Shown here: one piece after another, positions 25,795-37,960 of the stretch
Position numbering within the stretch: the stretch's first letter is position 1
How the letters are laid out: every line of letters begins with the position of its first letter
Assembly: GCF_016433145.1 (NCBI RefSeq)
Contig: NC_058130.1
Span: 88,195,331 to 88,259,330, forward strand
Direction of reading: 5' to 3'
From: Gracilinanus agilis
Taxonomy: Eukaryota
Length of the DNA: 64,000 nucleotides
The notes under the pieces: model-generated
Database searches by the model: none
Seen by the model: only the letters and a program-made list of their open reading frames with translations
Told to the model about the DNA's origin: nothing
Program-made: the position numbers and the translations under genes

Positions 25795-26010
25795 ATTTGT
25801 GGTTTGCAGTTGTGTTCTACTCTTTGTGATTCTTTTTAGGGTTTCCTCAGCAAAGATGTTAGTATTGTTTGCCATTTCCTACTCTAGCTGATGTTGCAGA
25901 TGAGAAAATTGAGGCAAAAGGGTTAAGTAACTTGCCCAGGGTCATACAGCTAGTAGGCATCTGAGACCAGATTTGAACTCAGATCTTTCTGACTCCAAGC
26001 CTGACACTCT
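25795..26010 (-). mobile_element. MAR1-type SINE
   Basis: ctcagcaaagatgttagtattgtttgccatttcc RTE tail plus CORE. Confidence 0.8.
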
Positions 26011-27714
26011 AGCCACTCCTATTTCTTCTGTTTTACAGGTGATAAAAATGAGACTTGCAGTCATACAGTTAGTGCATGCTAGAGGCTGACTTTAAATGTG
26101 ACACTGAATCTGTCTTCTTCCTGCTCTGCTGGGCTGACATGTATTTTAACAGGTTGAGTCAAATGACAATAAATGCATTATATTATAAATGGCTAGAAGA
26201 GGGTGTGTTAAGCATGATAGTGTTTGGCAGTCTACACTCGTCAAACTTAATCAACTAATGGCCAAGCATCCACTCCAGTTTTGTGTAAGTGCTGCCAAAA
26301 TAAGCCCTTCACTCCAGTTCTGTAAAAAAAAAAAACCCAAACCCAAATTAAACAAAACACCAGCTATCCTACCCCTTAGCAATATGTGGAGTATAGAAAA
26401 TGAGTACTGAACAAAGAAATGCTCTTACAGTATGGGCAAAGCTAAATTTACCAGAAACTCATCAATTTGAAATCAGAATCGTATAAAGATGATCATATTT
26501 ACCATTGTCCAAATCAATATGAACCCTATCACCAGTCACACTGGACCATTGTGAAGTCACAACCTAAGAGGCCAATTAAAACTATAAGAAGCCCTTGGAC
26601 AAAAAGAGTTAAGGAAGGACTAAGGAGAAACTGTTTAGTCACCAACTAAAGGTCCCTGTTACAAATAAACCAGATTTCCCTGCCTGCAAAGCATCCCCAT
26701 CAGCTGATTTTTACTCTGAATGACCCTTATGGAAAAATGAAATACAATTAGATGATAGACTCGGAAATGAACAGAAAGGGAAGAAGCAAGCTGTGACCAC
26801 TATTAGAATGGGCTTCCCAAGAACCTGCTAACTATTCATGACTCCTTTTGAAGTGGCGACAGAAAGCACGACAACCATTTATTTTCTTAAATTGTTCAAG
26901 TAGGGTTTAGTTAACCATGCCAAACTTATTATACCCAGAGCCAATGTGAAGCCATAGAGTTGAAGCCAGTGATCCTAATAACTGTTGCCTGGAAGGCTCC
27001 AATAAATTATGAAGATTTTGGAAATGTGATCACCAGGGAATAATTTGCTTCTGTGCCTATGATATCACTAAATGCCAAGGAGAGCTTATGATTGCTGGAG
27101 AGTCCTTTTTATTGTCCCATCTCCTGCCTTAAGCCTGGCTTGAAGGCAAGAATTTCCCAAAAGATGCAGCCTCTTTGAATCCATAAATCCTCTAGAATAA
27201 ACAATTTGTCAATTTCTAGCAGTAAAAATTATATTATCAACAATAATGATAAAAAACATAAAATGAATGTTTTAAAATCCAACGCTAAAGGTTTAGCTTT
27301 CAGTTTGCTTCTTTTAAGTAGAACATTCTTGATCTGGCATGGAGATGACCCTGGGTTCTCTTAGGCCCTCTGGTTCATTCATGCTGGAAAAGCTTTGAGT
27401 TTGTGCTTGACAATGGGCTATCTGCTGTTTGAGAACCAGACATATTACATCTGGAGAGGACTGGCTGCAGGATGACAATTTTTTTTTTGACCATAGCAAC
27501 TTTTGAAGAACAAGAAATCAGTCAACAAGCATTTATTAAGGACAAATTATATTCCAGGAATTATGCTAAACACTGGGAATACAAAGATGAAAATGAGACA
27601 ATCCCTGCTCTCAAGAAGCTTAAAAAATACTGGTTATACCACACCTAGTTTAGCTATTTTCCAATAAATGCCATGCCTTATTTTCACTAATAAATTCTTT
27701 GAAAGAGAAGTTTT

Positions 27715-27860
27715 AGTGGAAGCTAGGTAGGGCCTGGGTTCAAATTTGACTTCAGCCACTTCCTAGATATGTGACCCTGGGTAAGTCACTTAACTCTAAT
27801 TGCCTAGCCCTTACTGCTCTTCTTTCTTGGAACTGGCACTTGGTGTTGATTTCTAAAAAA
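27715..27860 (+). mobile_element. SINE1_Mdo-like SINE
   Basis: gggttcaaatttgacttcagccacttcctagatatgtgaccctgggtaagtcacttaac. Confidence 0.8.
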
Positions 27861-28169
27861 AGAGAAGTCTAGACTCACTTCTACTTCCTCAGTAACTACT
27901 CATGCCTTAGCCTCCAGTGAGTGTGGCTTCTTTCTTTACTGTTCTAATAAAATTGCTTTTTTGAAGGTTATAAATAAACTTTTAATTATTACACCTAATT
28001 GCTCTTCTTGGTACTCTTCTGCTTCAACTCCAATGTAGTGTTGAACACTGACTATTACCCCTCCCCCCTTTTGAGGAGGCTGTTGAGACCCTGTATTACT
28101 TTCATTCTTTTCACAGATTTCTGGTTTTTCCATTTTCTCCCATGTGTGTCTATTTTCTAAGGTTCTTGT

Positions 28170-29280
28170 CCTCAGGCTGCTTGTCTCAACACTATAATGA
28201 TTTTCTAACTCATCTTCTGAATTTCAACTTTTAACTATTATATAAAGATGATTCTCCATCAAACTCATTTCAAATTTTGAAATGCTTGCTGGACATTTTT
28301 GCTTGGATAGCTGTCGGAATTTCAAACTCCTTAGGCCTTAAAGTAATTCTCCCCCAAACTAATTTTCCTTCTTTATTTCTGCACCATCATTCTTTAAGTT
28401 GGTCAGTTCAAAACCTCTATGTAATCTTTAAAGTTTTTCATTTCCTGCTCCGTCCTACCCCACACATTCAATTTATTGGCAAGTGAAGTGGATTCTAATT
28501 CTGCAATCTTTCTTATCTTTCCCTTACTTCCATACCCACCACTTTAGTTCAGTGCTCATCTGGTACACTGTGGCCACCTCCTATCTTCTCCCTACTTCAG
28601 TCCATCCTAAAAATGTCTCCCATTTGGTTCTTCTTAGCCACAAAGGGCATATCCAACAAACACCAATCTGGCAGTTGTTTCCTAAACCACTGACAAGTAG
28701 GGAAGAAGTACTGAAGGGACAGACTTTCGGGAGATGTTGCCTTTAACACAAATTTGTTTAAAATAAGCAATCCTTGAAAAAGGAGAAGCTTCAATGGAAA
28801 CTTCCAATGCACAGTTCTAACTGTATTGCTTCCCTGTTTAAAAAGAACCTTGAGTGGCTTTCCATTAATGATCATTAAACTCAGACTCCTTGGCCTGGTA
28901 TTTGAGGTTCTCCAAGATCTATTCCCAGTCTCTCTTACTTTGTCTCTCATTACTCCCTTATAGTGTCCTATGCTTCATTGAACCTGGCATATTCATCTTT
29001 CCACCATGCCTTTTACTTTGTTACCTCTCTGCCTTTACTAATAAAATTCTTATCGTCTGGAATACCCTGTTCTCTATTCCACGTCATGTAAGGCTATTGT
29101 CTCCATGAATCCTTCTTTGATTTCTCCAGTTAGGTAACCCTGAAGTTTTTATCTTTCTAACTTTATTCACCAAATGGTATTTTAAGTCCCTGAATATATG
29201 TCTGATTTCCTCAGTGTGAGAGTAATCAGTTTCCCCTTGTATCATCTCACATTTCCTAACACAGGATTTCCCTCACTCAT
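28170..29280 (+). mobile_element. L2, interrupted at about 28622-28807 by a duplicated non-L2 unit
   Basis: L2 sequence runs ttcagtccatcct and resumes cacagttctaactgtattgcttccctgtttaaaaagaaccttgagtggc. Confidence 0.7.
28622..28807 (+). repeat. Copy A of a ~185 bp local duplication
   Basis: About 31 mismatches and one 3-nt gap against 30735-30922 (hand count). Confidence 0.9.
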
Positions 29281-29316
29281 TGTAGGGGGCCAGTAAATAT
29301 TTGTGGAGTAAATTTA

Positions 29317-29573
29317 TTTTTATTTAAAAATTTTTTTATTTTTAAATATTTTCCCATGTTTCCATGATTCATTTTCTTTCCCTCTTTTCTTCCCTCCCCT
29401 CTCCCAGAGCCGACAAGCAATTCCACTGGGTTGTACAAATGTCATCACTTGATATCTATTTCCATATTATTCATTTTTCCTATAGAGTGATTTTTAAAAG
29501 CCTAAGCATAAAATCACATACCCACATATACATGTGATAGGTGAAGTCATATTTTTTGCTTTTGCATTTCTAC
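29317..29573 (-). mobile_element. 5'-truncated L1 3'UTR
   Basis: T-rich tail; 17-bp TSD tttgtggagtaaattta (29300-29316 and 29574-29590). Confidence 0.9.
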
Positions 29574-30734
29574 TTTGTGGAGTAAATTTAAAACTATCTT
29601 AAGCATAAAGGGATAGTACCTCTATTTATAAGAATAGCAAATTAAAGTCCTACTCTGTGTTTTTACTTAAGAGAACTAAGAACAAGGAGAATGAAGAGAA
29701 TCACCCCAGGATCCAGAAAACAGTTTTCCAAAATGCAATTTGTTCTGTGGATCCTGCGGGCATGTTCTTTTAAGCTTCTTTGGGTACAGAGACTATGTTC
29801 TGCCTTCAAGCTCACCCAAAAGGCAAAGGAAAAACAAGCAGACATTAAAGACATGCCTGCTTGTGTGAGCACCCACTTCGCTTTCCCACATCTCATTACA
29901 GTTTAGCAATTTGGAATCCCATTGCTACTATGCTACTCCCTTATTAAGGAAAAACCAAGAGAGCTAAGTTGTCTATCACTTCTTGTATACAACTGAAACT
30001 CCCCTCCACCACCCCAATACATCTGGGATTTGGTTGAGGTCACACTATGGAGGAACAACTTTTCTTCTTAGTATTTGCTAGCCTGAGCCTCCAATTCAGT
30101 ATGTCCCTTTTTCTCTCAGAAGGTTATTTATCCATCACCAGGCAAGCTCATCTAGCTGAGACAACAAGGCAGCTTGAGGCTGGGACAGGAGGCAACATGT
30201 TCCAGGTGAGTCAAACCACTGATACTACCTTGACCAACACTTCCCTTCAGACCTGGTCAGAGATAGCCCTAAACTCTGAGTCCAAGAGTCCTGGGAGTAT
30301 CCATGTCCCCCAGACCACTGGTCTCACTTCTAGTTCAGTCCCAGAATCCATCATCTAGGCAAGCAAACTTTGTAAAGATGTGACCTAGCAACTTCTGCCT
30401 TTTCAGCAGGGATCCCTGCTGAAGACTCATGAAAGAAGATCAATACCACCAAAGTCCTTGGCACTGTCAAATGGTTCAGCATCAGAAACAGATAAGGTTT
30501 TAGCCACTGATGCCATTAAAGAAGGTGCATTACCTCCTGTTTGGCCATCCTATTGGCTTTGCAGTTGAAGCCTCCTCTAAGTTTTGTCTTCCCTACTAGA
30601 ATATGAGCTTCTTGAGAGTACAGACAATCTTACTTTTCTATTTGTACCACGTGACTTTGCACATAGTAAGAACTTAATAAATGCAGTTCTATTCATTTGA
30701 TCAAGGTAGAATACAAAAGTGCATTTCCAGCTCG

Positions 30735-30922
30735 TTTGGTTCTACTTAGCCAGGTAGGGCATAACCAACAAAAGTCAACCTATCAAATGTTTCCTAAGCC
30801 ACTGACAAGTGGGGAAGACGTCCTGAAAGCTCAGACTTTCTGGGGATGTTGCCTTTAATAGAAATTTATATAAAATAAGTAATCCTTGGAAAGGGAAAAG
30901 AAGCTTCAGTGGAAAATTCCAA
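30735..30922 (+). repeat. Copy B of the ~185 bp local duplication
   Basis: Shares tgtttcctaa.ccactgacaagt.gggaaga and cagactttc...gatgttgcctttaa with copy A. Confidence 0.9.
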
Positions 30923-31199
30923 GGTAGGCAACTTGAAAAATAACATAATTCTTTTCTTTTGAGACTTCAGAAACTGGCAATGTTTTAATGCATATCTTGG
31001 CAAGATGCTTTTCTTGAGGCTGGTTTTACTTTGATCATAGGTAGGGCCCTTGAAATTTAATGATGATCATCAATGTTCTGGGAAGGTCTACTGAACTCAG
31101 GAGTCAATAACTTGGTGAATAAGACAAGGAAATTTACTTCCAAGTTGGTTTTTAGAATATAACACCTATAGAGATGAATGATGTGCACATGGGCTAAGG

Positions 31200-31415
31200 G
31201 CGTGTTGGAAAGCCTATGGCATATATAGGGGAGGGGGCTGCTCCCTTCCCCTTCTCCACATTCACCTAAGGGCCTTTCTCATAGGATCTGCCCCTCTGCC
31301 CAGCAGCCCAATAGGAGAGCTTCCTCCCTCCCCTGCCTGGGTAAGGTGGGGGCTCACATGTAGTGTGAGGGTTGCAGTTTGGACACTTGTGTCTCTAAAA
31401 GGTTCATCACCACCG
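31200..31415 (-). mobile_element. hAT MITE resembling the OposCharlie1 non-autonomous family
   Basis: Minus strand begins cggtggtgatgaaccttttagagac and ends tgccataggctttccaacacg; TSD ggctaagg / tgctaagg (7/8). Confidence 0.8.
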
Positions 31416-31894
31416 TGCTAAGGTACACATTCTGGGGTCGATTTTCTTATTAAGCCAACAGTCTGCTAGGCTTGCATGCAGCTACTGCTATTTCCAGGTT
31501 GGTAGTCTTTTCTTATGTCTTTTGTTTCTGGAACTTCTTGTCTCAGTAAAGACCCCAAATATTGCATGGCCTGCTTGGCTGGCATTAGTACCTGTGGTTA
31601 CCACATACTCAATGTTTTAATAAAATTGGAACTCTAGTCCTTAGATTTTAGTAAAGTTTATTAGAATTACTTGGAGAGGAGTGCAACCCATCACTAAACA
31701 CTGACAATAAAAGTATACATCCAAATATTTATAAATAACACATAAATATAAATTTCAAAATTAAGGCAAGTCTGTAAGTATCTTATTTTAGTGCCATAAT
31801 AGTAGCAATGTTAGGAAACTCCTTGAAAATGCCATATTTAATCTAAATTTCCAGAGGAAAAAATAGTATCTTATTGTTATAATCCCTGTTTGAT

Positions 31895-32065
31895 CACGGG
31901 GAATCATAGATTTAGAGCTTGGAGAGACTATTTCGTGTAATAAACTTGTTTTACAGAAGAGGTAACTGAGACTTACTGACTTAAAGTCACACAGGAAAGA
32001 AAATGGCAGAATCAGTATTCCTATTGAATCCCTCTAACTTCAGGTCTAGAGAGCTCTTTTCACCC
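31895..32065 (-). mobile_element. MIR-like SINE
   Basis: gaatcatagatttagagc...tgttttacagaagaggtaactgagac. Confidence 0.65.
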
Positions 32066-35000
32066 CACTGCTGCTTTAGATGGTGATGAAATACCATTGC
32101 TTACTTGTTGATAAATAATTTGCAGAAATAGTTTAATTTTACTAGTAACTGAATTGCTTCAACTGTGCTTGAGAATGAGAATTTATCATGGAAGTAGAGG
32201 GGGCAGGACAAGAGATTTCTTCAACTAGTGTGGCAAATAGTCCCACTTGTCAAACCTATAGACTGCTTCCCTCATTGCCCAACTGCAGGCTGTTTGACAA
32301 TAAAGCACAGAGCTTTGGGATAATTATCTTAATATCTATTGGTTTTTATATTGATTCTGGTTTCCTTCTCAATAGCGGTGCTTCTTTTTTTCAAATCAGA
32401 CAGGGCCTTCAGGGCTGGGGCTTAAGTAGCTTTATTCGACTTCTTTATTGGCCTTTTTTAATAGGATCTTTCATAGGAATGACCAACTTGCACTTTTGTA
32501 ATAAAGTAGGCATTTATCTCTCTATTTCATTTCTCAGCTCCTCACTTCTGTTCTCTGGCATATTTCCATGGCTGATGCACTTGTCCTCATAGGGTACTTA
32601 TGTTTTCGCTTGTCTATGTTGGAAACAAAAATGAAAGCCCTTAATCACCAGCAACTTGACAACCCCCTGATTAATTTGTTCTGGACTCAGTGTAGTGCGT
32701 ACTGCTCTAGTTTTTGATACAACTCCTTATTATTCCTTTGGGTCAGGAAGAAAATGTTGAGGTCTGCCTCTAGTAACACACCTTCCTGTAGGAAATGAAA
32801 ATGCTCCTCAGAGTGAAGAAGGAACACACATCCTGACCCAATGCTGAAGATACATGATTAATTAGGGGTAGTATGATAGAACGACTCCTTTTTAACCACC
32901 TTTCCCCCACTCCCTAGTGATTAACAAGACAACTGCAAGCATTGGTAAAAGCTAATGTAGCACATTCCTGGCCAAGGATTTTCCTCTTCATGATCTGAAT
33001 AATTAGTGGATACATTTCTAGTTCTTTGGATATGGGAGACAATTCTTTGCAATATGGTGGCATAAGAGCATGCTGGTGGTGGAGGCCAAGATAAAACTTG
33101 CTAAGCCTACTGCTTAGCAACCACTGCAATGGATTTTATCTGATGAATAGGTATATGATAACATCTGCCCCTTTAGTGCTGACAGAAAAGACTGTAAAAT
33201 TCATTACCAATTCACCTCCAAGGCTACTGGTTTTCAGGACAGTTGAATCTCTCTCTCTCCCATTTTGTTTGCCTTTCCATGCCTTCTGATGCCCCTATCG
33301 TAATCTATCTCCATATATCTATAACTTGGGCTTCTCTGTGCATGTCCAGTTCTAAAATGGAGATGCTCTTAAGGAGGTTTTTGAGTATGCCCAGTTTGCC
33401 TAACAAGGAGCCCACTATGTTCCTTACCATGTGGGTGGAAGTTTCCTCTTGGTTGGCTCCCTCAGTTTTTAAAACTGGTGAGACTGAACTGTTTGATCCC
33501 TTTTCAGGTGCATTCTTTTCCTCTCTTTCTAATCATCCTTATCTGCTTTGTCCAAAGGGTGAAGATTCCTTACTCAAAGCAATGGTGAGACGGGAAGGAT
33601 TTGCCTTTCTCTGTTCCCTCTCTTTTACTCTGGTTCTGAGAATTAGGTTTGAGGCTGTTTATTTCTGTTTTGTGTATGTTTGAATTTCTCTTTTTCAGGT
33701 GTTGAAGGAGATCCCAGGAGTTCAAACTATGGCAACTTTGGAGCCTGGACAGTAGGCAGGCATGGAAACGCTGAGAAGTCAGGGTGTCTGGGACTCCAGT
33801 CTGAAGCAAGTTTTGGTTTTGGAATTGGGACAGTGCTTTATGGGAACTGAGCCAAATTATGAACCTAATTTCATTCTCATCCCCAGAGGCTAAAATAGTA
33901 CAAAGGGGGAGGGGAAGGAGGATTACTTACTTCCATGTTTGGGGACTAAAAGTCTATATTTGTTATTATATCTTTTTAGAAGGAGATATTACTTTGTAAA
34001 AGTTAATCCAATCATTAGTGGCTAAATGGAACTAACGGTTGAAAGAACAACACTGGTGGAGGCCGGAGGATACTTCCTAGTCCCCTTAAAGGTACTGGAG
34101 AACTCTAGAGGAGGAGTCAAATGTCCCATCCTCAGCCTTAAGTGGTGGAGCCCATAATAATCACTGTTACATATCTATAGGTTACTTCCTTCCTAACCTA
34201 TTTTTCCTTCATATTTTTTTTTTATTAGAAGGAAAAAATCACAAACTAGAAGCACAGGAATCAGTTCTGGAATATTGGGCATTCTTGAAGAGCTGAGGCT
34301 AATCCTTGTCCACAGGGGATTTCTATCGCACCGTTTTCTTGGTCAGTAGGCATTATATGAGCAATGATTATAACTTCAACAGTAGTACAGAACCACTGAT
34401 GCTAAGAAGTCTATATAGATAGCCTAAAAGTCTCCTGTTAAAGAGGTCTGTGTGAGTAGTCTGACTGTTACCACACCAAGAGGAATTTGTGTCAGGAGAT
34501 AATATTATTGAGCAAGAAGAAAAGAAAGAGATTGTCTAGGTGGTGCTTGGAAGTCTCAGCTACCAGATGAATCTAATTCTGAGAACAGGAAGGAGCAGTG
34601 GTGGAATGAGACAACAGTACAAAATAAAAAGTCACCAATAACACTGCATTTGCTCTGCTTGATAGTGACTGTTTTTAGGAGATCTAGTGTATCTGAGCTG
34701 TAGAATTTTTCTAACTCCAGAGATAAGAGATCATCTTTCCCAGCAGATGTCTAGTCTCTTTATGGGAAAATGACAAGAACAAAGAAATGGTTAGAGAAAT
34801 TAGGCTTGGTGATGCATATGCAACAGACGCAATCAGTGAATAGACTCTCACCTGGTGATGAAAATGAAAGTGCTTCTGAATGGTGAAGACCCTGGAATCA
34901 CTCACTCCTAAGCTTTCTAAGAACCAGATTTCAGCTTAGTTCTGATAATTACATAAATGCATGCAGATACTATTATGTATACTTGAGATCTCTTGTAGAA

Positions 35001-35377
35001 ACAGCCCCTATTTTCGAGGGTAATGATGAAGAATGAAGACTGGATTTAAGCTAATGAAACTATGACAAGAAGTTGCTGCTTCTGATTCAGCCTTCACACT
35101 AAAGTAGATGAACAGATGCCCTGTTCATATAGAAACAGTTTAGAAACATGCTTGCTATATATGTATATATCATATACATACTAGTTTTTGCCCAGGAGTT
35201 ATGTAAATAATTCAGAAATAATTAATTTCTATGAGGGTTGTCAGTGGGACATTGAAAAGGTAGATTTTAAATACTTCATAGAAGTAGAAGTCTGACTATA
35301 GTAATGTTAAGAATTAGCTTTTAAACAAATCCACCTGACCAAATGAATATCGTTTCCTTTAAAGAAGTAACCTTGGT

Positions 35378-35488
35378 TGTGACCCTGGGCAAGTCACTTG
35401 ACTCCAATTGCCTAGTCTTACCACTCTTCTGCCTTGGAGCCAATACATAGTATTGGCTCCAAGTCAGAAGGTAAGGGTTTAAAAAAAA
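35378..35488 (+). mobile_element. 5'-truncated SINE1_Mdo
   Basis: Complete 3' tail plus A run; TSD aagaagtaaccttggt / aagcagtaaccttggt. Confidence 0.9.
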
Positions 35489-36129
35489 AAGCAGTAACCT
35501 TGGTAGGCTAAATCCTTGGTGTTGCCAAAAAGATGATGCAAACAGCTTTTGGGACATTCTTTGGGATATCCTCAATGTTATCTGTCCTCGAATGTTGGAA
35601 ACATCCAAACACTTTCAGCATGAAGTATGGTAAAGATGAATGACTAAATGGAATATTTTAGAGTTCAAAATGAGAGGTACAACTCACTTTTATGTAAAGT
35701 ACTGAGGATGATTTTTCTGGGCACAACTAATCATAAAATGTTACAGCTAGAAGAGACATGAGAAATCATTTAGTCTAACCCATTCATTTTGTTGATGAGG
35801 AAATAGGTCCAGAATGATCACATCGTTACTAGGAGAAGCCCATTTTCTCCATTATCCATTATGCTTCCTATAACTGGCTTTGAAACCCAACTACAAAATG
35901 CAAGTGATTTTTCCTTACCAATCTATTGCTCTCTACTGGCAACTGACATATCTCACCTGGTATCTTTCCACAAGTAAAGCTGCCTTATTCCACATGCAAT
36001 ATTACATATTTCATTTAAATGAACATTTATTTGTTGCTATTTATTAATTATATCTGTATGGATGTTTTTGTCTGTTAGACTTTAAGCATTGGAGAAGCAT
36101 GTTATTTTCTTGAGATAATGGATTTTTAA

Positions 36130-37960
36130 TATCTATATCTAGAAAATATAATAAAGTGAAAAAACTATCTACATTAATTTTCTTATTCAATACTAAGTCA
36201 ATCAAGATACCAAAGGATTATTTCATAAGAGTTTGAAAAAGGAATGTTGAAATCTATCTGGAAGAACAAAAAGTCAAGAATCTCCAGGGAAATAATGAAA
36301 AGAAGTGACAAAATAAGGGGATTAGCAGTACTAGACTTAACTTAAATTTCAAAACAGTAATCATTAAAATAATTTTGTTCTGGTCAAAATGTAGAGAGGT
36401 TGATCAGTAACTCAGATTAGGAACTCTAAATTCTGAAGTATTAATATTTAATACAACTAAAGGCTCCAACTACTAGAGCAAGAATTCACTATTTGAATAA
36501 AACTGCAAGGAAACTGTAAAGCTGACTGACAGAAATTGGTTTTAGGCTAATATCTCATTCCACATAAGAAGATAAATTTCAAATGGAAACAATCCAAATA
36601 TAAAAAGTCATGTCATAAATAAATGAGAGGAATGGTTTCAGAAAAACCTGGAAAGACTTATGTGAACTGATGCAAAGTGAAGTGAGCAGAATTGGGAGAA
36701 CAAAGAACACAGCAAAAACAATGTTGTAAAGATAATCAACTGTAAAAGACTTTGTAACTCTAATCAATACAATGATTCATCTTAATTCCAAATGCTATTC
36801 ACCTCCAGATAGAACACATATGAGCTCAGTGTATAGATTAAAAATACAGATTTTCTTTTTTTATTTCTCTTATTTCCCTAACCATGACAAGAGTAATATA
36901 GAGATGTTTTCAATAACTTTATATGTATAATTGATATAGTATTTTCTTGCCTTCTCAATGGGTGAAGGGGAGTAAGGAGAAAATGAGAAACTTTAGAACA
37001 GAAAATAAATTTAAAATAATAAATGAAAGGAGCAAGGAAGAAATGACATTTCATATTTATGGATAGGGGAAGAATTCATAATCAAAAAAAGGATGGACAG
37101 GATCAAAAAAGATAAAATGAACAATTTTGATTATATAAAATTAAAGTTTTTATACAAACAAATCTAATTCAGCTAAATATTAGAAGAGCAACAACTAAGA
37201 AACATCTTTGCAGCAAGTTTTTCTGATAAAGGTCTCTAGTCAAGATATATAAGAAATGATTCAAAATTATAAGAATAAAAGCTACTTTCCAATTGATAAA
37301 TGATCAAAGAATATGAACAGGTAATTCTCAAAGGAAGAAATCAAAACAATCTATAGGGACATAGAAAAATGTTTCAACTTGCTTATAATTTGATAAATGT
37401 AGATTGAAGCAACAATGAGCTGGCTGGTAAAGCTGACAGAATATTATTGGGAATGTTGCTACCAGGTCTATACCCTAAAGAGAAAAAAGAAAAAGGAAAT
37501 TTATTCATAATATTTATAACAATTTTTTGTATAGTGGCAAAGAACTGGAAATTAAAGGAATGCTCATTAATTAGTGAACAGCTAAAAACACTATGGTATA
37601 TGATTGTACCATAAGAAATAATGAAAGGGAGGTTTCAGAGACATCTTGAAAGACTTGTATGAAATGATACAGATTGAAGTAATTGGAAACAAGAGTACAA
37701 TGTATACAATAATAACTACACTGTAAAGAAAAACAACTTTGAAAGGCTTCAGAACTCTGATCAATGCACAAATGATCCACAATCCAGGTAATGAAAAATA
37801 CTATCTACCTTCTGACAGAGAGGAGATGAACTAAATATACAGAATGTGACACATTTCCAGATATGACCAATAGAGGAATTTGTTGACTTGAGTATAGTTT
37901 GTTGCAAGTGTTTTGTTTTTCTGTTTTCTGTTTTCTTTTTTGGAGAAGTGTGGGAAAGAA
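36130..37960 (+). mobile_element. Old L1 ORF2 C-terminus and 3'UTR, hosting a nested L1 3' end
   Basis: aaatctatctggaagaacaaaaagtcaagaatc; ttccaattgataaatgatcaaagaatatgaacagg; ctataccctaaagag. Confidence 0.85.
36632..37018 (+). mobile_element. L1 3' end nested in the older L1
   Basis: Repeats the ORF2-end/3'UTR seen again at 37620-37900; TSD ataaatgagagga / ataaatgaaagga. Confidence 0.75.

Larger units (their letters stand above)
31041..34063 (-). mobile_element. Probable ancient Ty3/Gypsy pol remnant (RT-RNase H-integrase), highly decayed
   Basis: Ordered motif-like fragments spread across frames (see findings). By-eye recognition only. Confidence 0.5.

Noticed and set aside
27936-28133. 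65-aa charged ORF as a gene or exon
   Set aside because: No splice signals or recognisable domain. It sits between a SINE and an L2 and is probably repeat-derived or chance.
32188-33683. Plus-strand ORFs of 134 and 146 aa as a nested antisense gene
   Set aside because: No domain similarity or splice structure. They are better explained as the antisense shadow of a purine-rich decayed reading frame.
34850-34895. Cassette exon ending CAG|gtgaga on the minus strand
   Set aside because: Good donor but poor acceptor, and the peptide is not part of DOCK3 as I recall it.
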